Assembly: GCF_001194135.2 (NCBI RefSeq)
Contig: NC_069000.1
Coordinates: forward strand, 2,216,329-2,267,944
Length of the DNA: 51,616 nucleotides
Source: Octopus bimaculoides
Lineage: Eukaryota
Reading direction: 5' to 3'
The number at the start of each line of letters is the position of its first letter. Position 1 is the stretch's first letter. Positions 1 to 12,489 of the stretch are shown here, piece by piece. A model generated the notes under the pieces. It was given only the letters and a program-made list of their open reading frames with translations. It searched no databases and was not told the DNA's origin. The translations under genes were made by a program, and so were the position numbers.

Positions 1-53
1 TATATATACTCATATGTATATATGCATTCATGCGTATACACACACACTGACAC

Positions 54-268
54 CAGGAGTTGCTGATATTTTCCTGGCTTCGGATAAAAAAAGTACACGA
101 GGATCAGTTAACTGTAATTTTATTCAATACATCCCCCTCAGACTCACATACTTTTATCAGTCGTCCTTCAATCTTTCTGTGCCCTGAGAAAGAACTGGGA
201 AGGCTGGGCCTCCAGCCAGGAACTTCGCGATACCCTTAAAACAAGGAACTTTCCAGATGCGCTACGTA
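54..268 (-). mobile_element. Mariner-derived MITE retaining the transposase C-terminal codons
   Basis: Degenerate terminal inverted repeats (left gctgatattttcctggctt; right, reverse-complemented, tctggaaagttccttgttt) ending at a TA. The internal minus-strand reading ...ERLKDD**KYVSLRG... resembles the mariner transposase end (RWxKCVxxxGxYVE). Confidence 0.65.
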
Positions 269-289
269 TGTATATTTATATATGTAGAT

Positions 290-411
290 GCAGGAGCGGC
301 TGTGTGGTAAGAAGTTTGTTCCCAACCAAATGGTTCCGGGTTCAGTCCCATTGCGTGGGCAAGTGTCTTTTAGTATAGCATCTGGCCGATCAAAGCCTTG
401 TGAGTGGATTT
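290..411 (+). mobile_element. tRNA-derived SINE family A, 5' part
   Basis: A-box-like ggctgtgtggt and B-box-like gggttcagtccc; matches in-window copies at 2356-2718, 21966-22103, 23231-23376 and 32881-33020. Confidence 0.9.
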
Positions 412-822
412 ATAACGACGTATACACACACACGCACAGAACGTCCCCTTACACACATAGACATATATACATATGTATATATAAATATACGTATATATAA
501 ATATATGTATATATGTGTGCGTGTGTATGTATCACTCTCTCAGTTTCTTTCTCTCCAGATAATATATATACTTTAGGCATATATATGTGAGTACCGCTAT
601 TTATACAAAGTTGCAATAAATTGCTTATTTAATTCTACAAAAGTGCTTTGATATTCATTTTTCCTTTCCAAATAAAAGATAATTCGAAGAATACTAGATA
701 AATTGTGCGGCGCCCTTATTGCGTACTCATATTTTATTACTAGCGTGTCCATGCATACATACATGCATACATACATACATACATATACACGTGTATATAT
801 ATGTGTGTGTATATGCATACAT

Positions 823-872
<50 letters not shown>

Positions 873-1646
873 GAGAATTTAACTCAAATAAAACGCCTGA
901 GTGTGTATGTGTACGTGTGTGTGTTGGCGTTTTATTTGAGTTATAGTTTTCATTGTCGAAGTTGTGCCAACGTTTTCTTTGTATACCTAACAATCACACA
1001 ATATTTTCAACGAAGTCTTTTAATACGAAATGCAAATACAACACAAAGCAATCTTTTATAAATTCACGAGGTTTTTGTTTCAAATATTTTCCACTAAGAG
1101 AAATTTGTATTAAATGTATTTTGATATATTTGGTATAATTTGTTTATCAATAACGTTAATTGTTTTATAATTACTATGAATCCTAAATTACAGAATGTGT
1201 GTTATATCTCCTTGAATTATTCTGATACTGTAGACATTCCTCTCCGAAATCAATTAGTATCTTAACAATGATCAAGACAGTATTACTGTTTTGAGTAAAG
1301 TAAACAACTTAGACGTGAAACTAAATACTTGCTTTATCATTTTCCGGACTTATTTTCTAATATTTAATTACATTATTCTATTTTTTTTTCAGAATATTTA
1401 AATAGAAAACTTGTATTCTCAATAGAAATTAATTGAGTGTTTTCTGTTTCTTAAAAACCGATTGTTTATATATGAAGAGGATTATTCTTATATATTCTTT
1501 CAACATGAAGTCAATTGAAAAATTGGTAAAAAATACTTGAATGTGCCTAAAACTATTTATCCGATAGGTTTTAAGTGTTTGGGCGCATCGTCTACCTATA
1601 AGGACTAATGCAGTGTATTAATAATTTAGTTAGTCTAAAGTAAAGT

Positions 1647-1746
1647 GGTGAGCTGGCGGAATCATTAACAAGCCAGGTAGAATGCCCAACAGCATTTATC
1701 TAACTTTGCTATCTGAGTTCAAATTCCATTGAGGTCGGTTTTGCCA
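1647..1746 (+). mobile_element. SINE family B, old diverged head
   Basis: ggtgagctggcggaatcattaac...tctgagttcaaattccattgaggtcgg aligns by eye with the intact copy at 21571-21780. Confidence 0.75.
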
Positions 1747-2355
1747 AGTTTTTAAATCAATGTCTGAGGGACTAAGTATTACTTGGAACTAAACAACAAC
1801 GTCAGTCACTGGAGTTTTATCTAATATAATCTGTCGACTTACTAGAAATAATCGGCAGAATACTTGAAATAAGAAAAAAAAAAAGATCCTTTTGGATAAT
1901 GTCGTGGCTATCCAGTATCTGACGAGTCAATTTTATGGTCACGGTCGGAGGGCCATCAACACGTATTCTCAGTCAAGAATGATCTGATCAACAACGGAAG
2001 CAACAGCAACAAAACCAGAAGGACCATTAAGATGTATCACAGTTCCTGTTCCTCACATTATTGTCGTATATGTATACACGTAATGGCTTCTAATGTTTAT
2101 GCTGAGGAGAATATATTCAGTAAAGATGTGGCTTCTTTATTTGAGGTTGAATATTCATCACATACTAAAATGATTTCCAGGTTGTCATATGTTACGATAA
2201 GATATTAATTTTGCAAGATTATGTCATCTTAACATTATCTGGGAATATATTTGTCCCTCTATCTTGTTTATAGCGTTATGCAAGTGTAGTGGTTATAGGC
2301 ACTGTCACTATGCTGCAAACAAATGTGTAGCTGCAATGGATTTGAGGATTAATCA

Positions 2356-2718
2356 TATCCTTTGTTTCACAGTCATTAAGCTGGAGCCATGCTGGAGCAC
2401 CCCTTTCAGGAATTGCAGTCGAATGAATCGACCCCAGTACTTATCTTGTAAAGCCTGATACTTATGCTATCGATATCAATTGCCGAACTGTTAAGTTACG
2501 GGGCACAAACACACCAACAACGGTTGTCAATTGGTGATAGGGGAGTAACACTAAAAGACACATGTACTTATATGTATATATAACGGGATTCTTCCAGTTT
2601 CCATTTACAAACCCATCCACACGGCTTTGGTTGGCGCGTGGCTACAGTAGAAGACACCTACCCCAGGTGTCACGCAGTGGGACTGGACCCAGAACAATCT
2701 GGTTTTGGAAGCTAACTT
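2356..2718 (-). mobile_element. SINE family A, near full length
   Basis: The reverse complement carries the tRNA head (2640-2718), body, and the 3' tail also seen at 37253-37430 and 27611-27664. Confidence 0.9.
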
Positions 2719-2989
2719 GAATACTTTAATTTTAGAACTAGTTACGTCACACAACAATCAGCATAACCAGACAGATTAACTAAATCCATCTTTAATTTAT
2801 CTCTCGAAGTGAATTTCCCTTTAGATTATTGTATGATGTAAATGTAAATAGTTGCAGCAGCAACAGCAGCTATCGTAAATTTAGCAATTGTACGAAACAC
2901 AGAATTTCACGAGTTTTGTGACACTGTAACTGTATATTTTAGTTTGAAGAGGAAAGACAACGACCTTGAGATTTTTCTAGGCATTCAAA

Positions 2990-3330
2990 ATTGGAGGATG
3001 TAAAAGAAGGCCTTATCCTTTAAGAGAAGACCTCCTTTTGGTACTTCAAACAGTGTAGAAATTTACAACAGGTGCCTTAAGAGCAAATAATTTCATTAAA
3101 CCAATAGGTGTTTCCAGTATAATATACGAGGTCGAGAACAGTCCATAGCCGATGCTATATAAGAAAATAGTTGGCGAATGTGCGATGAAGTGGAATCGAC
3201 CACGGGACCACATCATTGCAAAGTTACTTTCACTAGAAAATATTTCGCCATTGTGCACAGCATATAACTGCAAATTACATAAGGTTTTAGAAATAAGTTG
3301 CAAACAAACTACATGGGTGTCACGGTTTAA
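2990..3330 (+). pseudogene. Possible R4/Dong-type LINE remnant (C-terminal CCHC region)
   Basis: Across frameshifts: KEGLIL, ALRANNFIK, WRMCDEVESTT/DHIIA, resembling EGLIxAAQxQALRTN...CRxCxxxxETxxHIxxxC. Heavily decayed. Confidence 0.3.
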
Positions 3331-3549
3331 TGGTGCATTGGCAAAGCTATACGGATTCTTGCTACTATTTCGTTTGTTGTCCTTTTAAGCTTTGAACAGA
3401 ACAGTTTGAATTCTGAGCAAAGCGATATTTCATAGAGCAACCATAATTAATTTCCTCTTCTCATTGACGGCGATTGCGTTATATTTAGACCTATATTCAT
3501 CGATAACCGAACACCGTTGAAAGATCGTAATATCATTCCCCAAAATCAT

Positions 3550-5240
3550 TGCTTATCATGCAAACATTCATGTCGAAAATGATTAATCTCCAGTCAGATG
3601 AGAAATATCATAAAAATGACACATTACATTTTCTTAGTATTATTTTTTTCATATATATTTATAAGATAACGCTGTTCTTTTCCATCTTATTAAGTAACAA
3701 ACTAAATCGAACAGGAATTTCTGTATATCACCTTCCTCCCCCTGCACACTCAATTACGTATTTTAAGCGATATTTATTAGACCGTATCAGAATCGAATTC
3801 CAGCTCTTAAAAATACTGAATATTATCTTCTACTTTTATAGTTCACGCCTGATAATTATAACCGTTCATATCTCCCCACAGATGTCTGTGTTTGAAATGA
3901 ATGGTGAATGCCTGTATGATATTGATCAATTATGCTTGCTGGTAATTTGCTTCTAAACATCGGATCAATTTTGACTGACTTTCCTATATTAGAAATATCG
4001 TATATAATTGCATAGATAGTAGTAAATGCGTTCTCTCAATTTGGTTATAAGCTGAGATTTTACAGCATAAATGGTGCTATGTAGTTTTAGTGTTTTCCCA
4101 TTTAACGCCAGGATTGCACGCTAATTTAACAGTTGGTTAGAGATGTGTGCTGTTAGATGATTCTTCTGCAAGATATGATACAACCATTTCTGATGGAGTT
4201 TTTAAGATACTCAGTACAGAACACATGTTCTTTTTTATAAAACTGGCAGAGGAGGAAGAGCACTGCTCATGTTATTTTACAAGGCCTCCTGGCGGCAAAG
4301 AAGGGTGTTATTTTATAAACTGAGCATTGGCCTGAATACGGACATCGGAGCGGCTTATAGTTACCCAAGGATGACTTGGTACTGTAAACATGGGTCTCAG
4401 GTCGAGTTTCCCATCTAATATAGATATAATAACAAAGATCTTGCAAAGGGGTTATTTATTGTTCGTTAAGCCACATCGTTTCTAATTTAATAGAATTATG
4501 GTTTAAGAGACATTCCATTCATGAATATCAGGGTCTTCTTTATATCGATGCTTTTATACAGAATTATTTGTGATGCTTTCAGAAGGTTGTGGTGTGGTTT
4601 CTGGTTGGGCACCCCTGAAGAGTCTCCGCTGTTGGCTTCGTGTTAAGCCTAATTTAACAGGAGGTCTCAGAGCTTCTGCTAAATGTGTCATTAGCGGGAA
4701 AGAAACTGACTGGCAGGAAGTATGTAATATTCTAAATGCTTGTGCGTCCTGTTTGCATGATAGAAACATTTAAATATCAGAAATCCATTCCACCATTGCT
4801 TAAAGTATTTGCTTATGCTGTTTAACCACAGGTCATTTCTGCTGAAGCAAAAGTATAGTCAAAAGTGTTCCTATTTTGGACCACACGTTTTATTTTCAGA
4901 TATTGTATATATCCTTGAATTTTAGATTTTCTTGTTTTGCTGGTTTAGTTTTAGAGACGAGCTGCTGTTTCCGGTTCTGAACTGGAAACAGTTCCTTTAA
5001 ACATTGTTTCAGTCATTGTTTATGCCTTATTTTTAACTGCAGGTCATCCTTAGGCAAGCAAAGTTTAGAGTCAAAGGCTATAACTGGATTCAGTATGTTT
5101 CTGCATCTGTTTACCTAATTAGACTTATTTTCAGACTTGATCTAAACTATTTCATTATGGCTAGTGTCCATTTTAAGAGGTATGACACGGCATTCATTTG
5201 AATAAGATTTGGTAGGTATTTTAGCAAATTAAGAAACGAC
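3550..5240 (-). mobile_element. Decayed RNase H-bearing LINE (I/Nimb/Ingi group): RT thumb, connection and RNase H
   Basis: Minus-strand motifs in the expected order: FDSKL (5061-5075), FYHANRTHKHLEY (4727-4765, cf. LYxALIRSKLDY), LAEALRPPV/EAN (cf. LATGAFRTSPV...EAN), PSHPW (4365-4379), STIYAV (4061-4078, cf. SIFxAE), SNTDICGE (3872-3895, cf. PSHxGIxGNE). Many stops and frameshifts; boundaries approximate. Confidence 0.75.
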
Positions 5241-5262
5241 CTTGAGGATCTTCTGCAAAAGT

Positions 5263-5263
<1 letters not shown>

Positions 5264-5311
<48 letters not shown>

Positions 5312-5332
5312 GATCGATCGATCGATCAATCG

Positions 5333-5378
<46 letters not shown>

Positions 5379-5430
5379 ATGTATGTATGTCTATCTGTCT
5401 GTCTATCTATCTGCCTTCTGTCTATCTGAC
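5264..5430. repeat. Compound (TATC)n/(GATC)n/(CTGT)n microsatellite
   Basis: Directly visible. Confidence 0.95.
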
Positions 5431-5612
5431 TGCGCGCGAGTGTGTGTGAATGTACCCATATAAGTGTCCCTCGTTTTCTCTCTCACATTCTACGTGCTTA
5501 TATATAAATATATATTATATACTCACACATACACACGCGCTCTCATATATATATATATATANNNNNNNNNNNNNNNNNNNNNNNNNNNNNNNNNNNNNNN
5601 NNNNNNNNNNNN

Positions 5613-5760
5613 ATATACGTCATATATGATATATGAATGTCAAAACCTTATTTCACTTAATAATTTGTGTCTATATATATATATATATATATACATAGAC
5701 AGACACAAATTATTAAGTGAAATAAGGTTTTGACATTCATATATCATATATGACGTATAT
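5613..5760. repeat. Perfect 60-bp inverted repeat around a 28-nt (AT)n-rich spacer
   Basis: 5613-5672 is the exact reverse complement of 5701-5760; the left arm starts at an N-gap edge. Confidence 0.95.
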
Positions 5761-6359
5761 GTTCTATTATTTGCATTCTGAAAGTGATAAATGTTAAGTG
5801 TAAGTTAGTTGTAGAGCTGAATGTCATTTTTTATATACAAAATATGTTTTAGCCAAATCGGTAATTGACATTTAGATGAATGCCGTTCATGTTCTCTTCT
5901 CTTGGTTGGTTTAAATGTATGTAAGTGTCGTTAGCAGAGTAAACATGTAGCAAATTGGAATCTATCAATGTTTTCATTTACACAGTATGACCATAAAGAA
6001 TACAAATATTAATAAAATGATCGTGAAACCAAAGTAGAACATCGATCCCCTGATAGTTGGAAACTTTTTTCCATAAATATAAATGAGTCTCGATATTCTA
6101 ACCCGGATTGTTAGAAAATGAATAGCAAATACGTCATAATCATAGATGCACGTGCGCGTGAGTATGCATGTGAATGTGTTTGTGAATATGTGAATGTATT
6201 TGTAAGTGTGTGTGTTTTTTGCATGTTCGTAGGATCTGCAGAAACATACTGAATCCAGTGATAGATGTGTGAAGTGCAACTATTATAGCAGTGATACATG
6301 ATCTACTTCGAGTTTCATGCTTGGATAATACAGAAATCTGATAGGTTTATATAGCGTAT

Positions 6360-6434
6360 AATGCGCCACCAGGTAAACGGTCAGGGAATGCGCCACCAGG
6401 TAAACGGTCAGGTAATGCCCCACCAGGTAAACGG
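6360..6434. repeat. 27-bp tandem repeat, about 2.8 units (aatgcgccaccaggtaaacggtcaggg)
   Basis: Units at 6360-6386, 6387-6413 and 6414-6434 (partial), each within one substitution of the others. Confidence 0.95.
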
Positions 6435-6518
6435 GGCCTTAGAAGGCCGAAAAAAATTATAAACACTCTTGCTACTCACGGAGCTTCAAGTTACCGTGTC
6501 TGCACAGTATGGTGGCCA

Positions 6519-6523
6519 TAATG

Positions 6524-6567
<44 letters not shown>

Positions 6568-6862
6568 CCTTTCTACTGAAGGCACAAAGCCTCAGATCTG
6601 TTGGAAGTGGGATGGGGAGCTAGGGGATTACATCGGCCCCAGTATTTCACTAGCGTTTAATTTATCGATCCCGATAGGATGAAAGGCAAAGTCGACCCCA
6701 GGCCGGAATTTGAACTCAGAATACAAAGACAGACGAAATACCGTTAGACATTTTGCCCGCTGTCTTAATAATCCTGCAAGCACGCCGCCTAAAATAATAA
6801 TAATAAAGATAACAATAATAACAACAACAACAAAAACAGCAGCGATGATAATAATAATAATG

Positions 6863-6937
<75 letters not shown>

Positions 6938-6957
6938 GTAACAACAACAACAACCAT
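6519..6957. repeat. (TAA)n/(CAA)n arrays flanking a SINE B copy
   Basis: (TAA)n at 6519-6567 and (TAA/CAA)n at 6792-6957. Confidence 0.95.
6568..6790 (-). mobile_element. SINE family B, full length
   Basis: The reverse complement starts aggcggcgtgcttgcagg, has B-box ctgagttcaaattcc and ends ...agtagaaagg; matches 21571-21780. Confidence 0.9.
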
Positions 6958-7334
6958 AGCACAGAAATTGAATTTGTAATAAAAATTTAGACTTGAACTC
7001 GTTTGTGATTCTTCATTATCATCCAATAAAGAGAAACTTCTTTTATCGATTGGAAAGTTTTATTTCACATTACGCCATAAATCAAGCAAAATATATACGA
7101 CTGAAGAAGTGGAAAAGGTGATTCTTCCATTTGCCTTGGAACAAACAGCTTCCATTGTAAAATAGAAAAATTGGCAAAGTTTAGTCTTTACTTTATTATG
7201 GCATTAACAGTGTGATCTGAGATTATTCTTCTTTCACTCGAAAATTCAATGTATATCTTTATTTTTCGTCTTCAGCCTTGTCAATGATATGTACGCATAC
7301 AATCTAAAAAACAAAATATAGAAATACAAGGACA

Positions 7335-7407
<73 letters not shown>

Positions 7408-7474
7408 GTCTGTCTGTGTGTGTGTCTGTGTGTCTGTCTGTCAGTCTGTGTGTCTGTCTGTCTGTCTGTCTGTC
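7335..7474. repeat. (TATC)n/(TGTC)n microsatellite
   Basis: Directly visible. Confidence 0.95.
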
Positions 7475-8469
7475 ATTCTTCCCTTTTATGGGACTGTCTC
7501 ATTAAGTTGACAACATTCTATCACTTTATCGTACTGCCACTGCATCAATCTCTCTGGGAGATTTAGAAATATATCATTTCTATGAAAATTGATGTAAGGT
7601 ATATAAAGAATTCATTTTATACCGCAGATGTTTCCCGAGAAATTACAAACGAAAGCTAAAGTTTCCTCAGCTCTAGCCACCCTGGGATAAGGTTCTGTCA
7701 TTAAACGAGGCATTGTATTTAGTTTCGTATTCATATTGATATTCTATCAGATATATATGTTACGAGTTATCGAAACATTCTATGCTTATATTTCCTATGA
7801 TCCATCGCAAAATCCTATCATTGTTTAAGGAAAATTCGCCCTCAGAAATATAACGTTATTAGAAAGAAAAAAAAAGAAAAACAAACATTGATCCTACCAT
7901 TTGTCGGAACCTCCAAGAATGGCGTCAGCAATGGAAATATTCGCCTTATACTAGAGATCTACCCCCGCATACATAGAAGGGGGAAAACGTCAGCAAACGT
8001 TACAGAAAGGCTACATTGGTGCATTTGAGCCGGGCAGCGTATTTCCTACATCGAAATTAACATTCTAATATATATTGTATCTGTTCAACGATCCACTACA
8101 AAAACCAAAATGTATCTCTCTAATATTATTCGAAAAAAGAAATCACCCAAAAACGAAAGTATCGAGACGAATGTATAAAAGAAAGATATTTTTATTATTC
8201 TTTTTTGTTTTCACTTTGGTCATTATTAATTGAGTAATAGCGTTTATAAATGCAGAGGTTACATAGAAATTAACTTCAATGTTTTAAAAGACATAGACTG
8301 AAAATTTAGTTCATGAACGTCTGTAATCAATTTACTACACACTACGGTTGTAATCTTCCGCCTCATGAAATTCTCGTTAGAATATTTTGATTTCACGCTT
8401 TATTTCCCTCGTACAAGCTGTTTTATTTTATTATCCATTATACTACATTCTACTCGGTGGTATTGCTTA

Positions 8470-9080
8470 TATACATACACATACGCATACATATATACAT
8501 ACATACAGGGATGCATAACTGTATACATAGAGACATACATCCAAATATATATATTCGTACACACTAAATATATATGTGTATATGTATACATATATACGTA
8601 TGGATATATATGCTCTTGTATAATCGTACATACATGCATGTACATATACATAGGTGTATATATATGTATATATATATATATCTATATATATATATATATA
8701 TATATATTTATCGATATATGTATAAATATATATGCCTATATGTATATACATATATATGTGTACACACCTTTACATGTTCATATGTGCGTATATGTACACT
8801 TACAAACAGACATGTATATATATGTATATATGCATATATATACACACACATAGACATTTATACATACATATATACATGCATGTATATACGTATACATTTA
8901 CACTATATCTATACAAATATATATACATATATAGTTATACAGACACACACATATACGTATATACATGCATATATTTGTATACATCTACATATACATATAT
9001 AGATATATACATATAAATACAAAGACAGTGATACACACACACGCGCAGCCGCACACACACACACACATATATATATTGAT
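8470..9080. repeat. Degenerate (AT)n/(ATAC)n low-complexity tract
   Basis: Directly visible; source of the Y/I/T/H-rich spurious ORFs. Confidence 0.95.
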
Positions 9081-9770
9081 GTTTTGTATAATTATATACG
9101 TACATGAGTGTGAGCGTGGACGCGTACGTCCGTCATTTTGTGCGTCTTAGCTATGTATATGTACGTGTACGTATAATCATAGCCATATATTCAAATTGGC
9201 ATACTGCCTAATATTTTAAGCATTAACTTTTCCCTCATATTATTTTCACTTTGTTAACAACATTACGAATATTATTAATGACGATAGAAACACCAATACA
9301 AATAATAAAGTATGTTTAAATGGCCTTATCCGCAGCAAGTCTGACGTAATTGCTTTCTTGAATTTGGCTAAGTTCGTCGAAAGTACTTTACATGTTATTA
9401 TCTACCTTTCAATTTATATGAGGGGCGAAAATTCGTCAATTACTCTAATTGAATTAAAAATTAGATAAATAGCCTTTTCGCGCCGGCATTGAAATACATT
9501 TCTTTACACAGGCAAGATTCTCTTAAAGCCAGCACCAACGAAAATTGAATTAGAATACCGAAACCCCTTTCAATGAGCTTCGTTTGTGGTGGGGAGTTTT
9601 CAAAGAATAGATGTTATTGTGTTTTTGTTTAAAACTGGAATCGATTTATATCTTGTTTAAGGACATGCTAAATTTAGATAAGTTAATCAACAAACAGTAA
9701 AATATTTAAGTATGTATATGTACATTGGCGTTAGATGTTAGCTATAAAAGTACAAAAGTACATTGACTAC

Positions 9771-10052
9771 CATTGTGTCGGTTACCACGACGTGAATTCG
9801 ACTTCACCCGATCAACGGAACAGCGTGCACGAGAACTTAACGTGCAAGTAGCTGAGCATTGCACAGTTACGAGAGATACAGCACGAAAGAGTGCGACAGG
9901 GCTGGCCCTTTGAAATAGAAGTACAACTCATTTTTGCTTGCTGAATGGACTGCAGCAGAGGGAAATAAAGTGTTTTGTTCGCGGACAAAACACGCGGATG
10001 GTATTCGAACTCATGACCTTACGACCATGAGCTGAATACCCATAACCACTAC
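9771..10052 (-). mobile_element. tRNA-derived SINE family C
   Basis: The reverse complement has head gtggttatggg...catgagttcgaatacc followed by a CORE-like box; matches the copy at 50780-51048 and the tail at 32822-32880. Confidence 0.85.
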
Positions 10053-10998
10053 GTCTCTATCCCAGACATCTTGGAATTTAGAGTCAGAAATATTAAACAA
10101 ACATGGTAGAATACAGGTGGGGATGTAGACTGTAAGGATGCTTCCTACAGTTACGTTTTGTATTTAATTATTTCCACAAAAGTAAACTATTTCTTTTAAA
10201 AGACACAACGTGATCAAACAATCTTAAATGGTTTTTCTTAAGCCATATAGAATTAATGCTTAGAATAACATTGATATTATTACTTTAAGAGAACACAGAA
10301 AACACGGCTTATTTTCAGAAAATACTTCCAAACTAACGTTATCAGCCAGAATTTTACAAATCTATAATACAATTGTCACATGGGAACTAAATAAGATAGA
10401 TGTTGTTTAGACGAAAATCACTCATACGATTCACCAGAATTTGATGAAATTTGCTCATCGCGTGATTCTCGCAGAAATGTTTCCGCGAAATATAAACGTA
10501 AATCAATGATATCTTCATATTTCTTTTGTTATAACGATATCCGTCTTTCTTTTTAAAACAAATCAGCCATTGGACTGCATCTATGATAGTACAATGTCTA
10601 CATGGATTTAGTCAAATAGATCGTCCCACATATTTAGTATTTACATTCTCGGTCGCTTTTGCCAAAGCACTCTCTAAACGGAAGTATAAAAAGCAACAGA
10701 GGTTGTCAAGCCATGGTGGGCTGAGAAGCACAAAGATACACACGCATCTATCTATCTATATATATATACATAATACGTATATATATGTGTGTGTGTGTGT
10801 TTGTGAGTGTTGTGTTTGTATGTTTGCCTGTATGTACATATTTATGTATGTAAAATACAGAAAATAAAGTTTTGCACCATTCTCTAGTTTTAAACCGCAA
10901 TATATATATATATTGCCGTAATCGATTAATACCCATGTATTGATTAATAAATTTCTATATCGTTTGCACACTGTCATAATTGAGCAAGTGTTTATATA

Positions 10999-11035
<37 letters not shown>

Positions 11036-12379
11036 NNNNNNNNNNNNNNNNNNNNNNNNNNNNNNNNNNNNNNNNNNNNNNNNNNNNNNNNNNNNNNNNN
11101 NNNNNNNNNNNNNNNNNNNNNNNNNNNNNNNNNNNNNNNNNNNNNNNNNNNNNNNNNNNNNNNNNNNNNNNNNNNNNNNNNNNNNNNNNNNNNNNNNNNN
11201 NNNNNNNNNNNNNNNNNNNNNNNNNNNNNNNNNNNNNNNNNNNNNNNNNNNNNNNNNNNNNNNNNNNNNNNNNNNNNNNNNNNNNNNNNNNNNNNNNNNN
11301 NNNNNNNNNNNNNNNNNNNNNNNNNNNNNNNNNNNNNNNNNNNNNNNNNNNNNNNNNNNNNNNNNNNNNNNNNNNNNNNNNNNNNNNNNNNNNNNNNNNN
11401 NNNNNNNNNNNNNNNNNNNNNNNNNNNNNNNNNNNNNNNNNNNNNNNNNNNNNNNNNNNNNNNNNNNNNNNNNNNNNNNNNNNNNNNNNNNNNNNNNNNN
11501 NNNNNNNNNNNNNNNNNNNNNNNNNNNNNNNNNNNNNNNNNNNNNNNNNNNNNNNNNNNNNNNNNNNNNNNNNNNNNNNNNNNNNNNNNNNNNNNNNNNN
11601 NNNNNNNNNNNNNNNNNNNNNNNNNNNNNNNNNNNNNNNNNNNNNNNNNNNNNNNNNNNNNNNNNNNNNGTAACCTTGTAGGAACGGTTTTCATCAGCCG
11701 CCCAACGCTATAACAAGACCAAATTCCTTCTCCTTCATCTAATAAGACCGTAAGTTAAATATAGTCAACTTCCTGCTTCTATTCATGATTTTTCTGCCAT
11801 ATTATCATCCAATTTTTTAAAAAACATTTCTATATTTTTGTTCCGAAATACTTCTTTAATTCTGTTGTTTCTTCTTTCTCATTGTTTACTTATTTTTTTG
11901 AGCGAAATATTTTTTAAAGAATAACATCATTTCATCTAAATATATCGAAAGAAATTAAAAAAAAATAATTGCACTGAAGTATTCCAAGAACGATTGATAA
12001 AACTCTGTTGAGGGGAAGATGTGTGGGGTGCGTAAGTAAATTCTAGAATATAAGGAAATTGAAATATTTTCGTAAGGTATTACAAATTTCAAAATATATT
12101 TTGTCTAAAATTGACATAGATAAACAAAAGGTAATTTCAAGCTAAAAAATAAAAAGGAAATGACAAATTTAAAAGTAAAGGAACAAAGTATTTGGAATAC
12201 AAGAGACACCGATCGAAATGTAATAATCAATTATTATTTTCTTTGTTCAAATTCAAAAGGAAAATGAAAAAATATAAATTTACCTAAAATTTTTTTGTAG
12301 GAAAACCGGGTTACGGCAAAGCATAAAAACATAAATAATTGTTTTTAAATACCATCATCTAACTACCAGAGGGCGACTA

Positions 12380-12489
12380 ATCCTTTCAAGGTTAATAAAT
12401 TAAGTACCAGTTGCATACTGGGGTCAATCTAATCGACTGGCCCCCTCCCCCCAAATTTCGGGCATTGTGCCTAGAGTAGAAAAGAATAT
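12380..12489 (+). mobile_element. SINE family B, 5'-truncated
   Basis: aattaagtaccagttgcatactggggtcaatctaatcgact...gtgcctagagtagaaaagaatat is nearly identical to the 3' half of 21571-21780. Confidence 0.9.

Noticed and set aside
6360-6434. CRISPR-like direct repeats
   Set aside because: Units are head-to-tail with no spacers, there are no cas genes, and the context is eukaryotic.
11670-11705. Minus-strand CTGATGA followed by a short aacc/ggtt stem (hammerhead-like)
   Set aside because: No GAAA follows and the sequence ends at an N-gap, so it cannot be evaluated.
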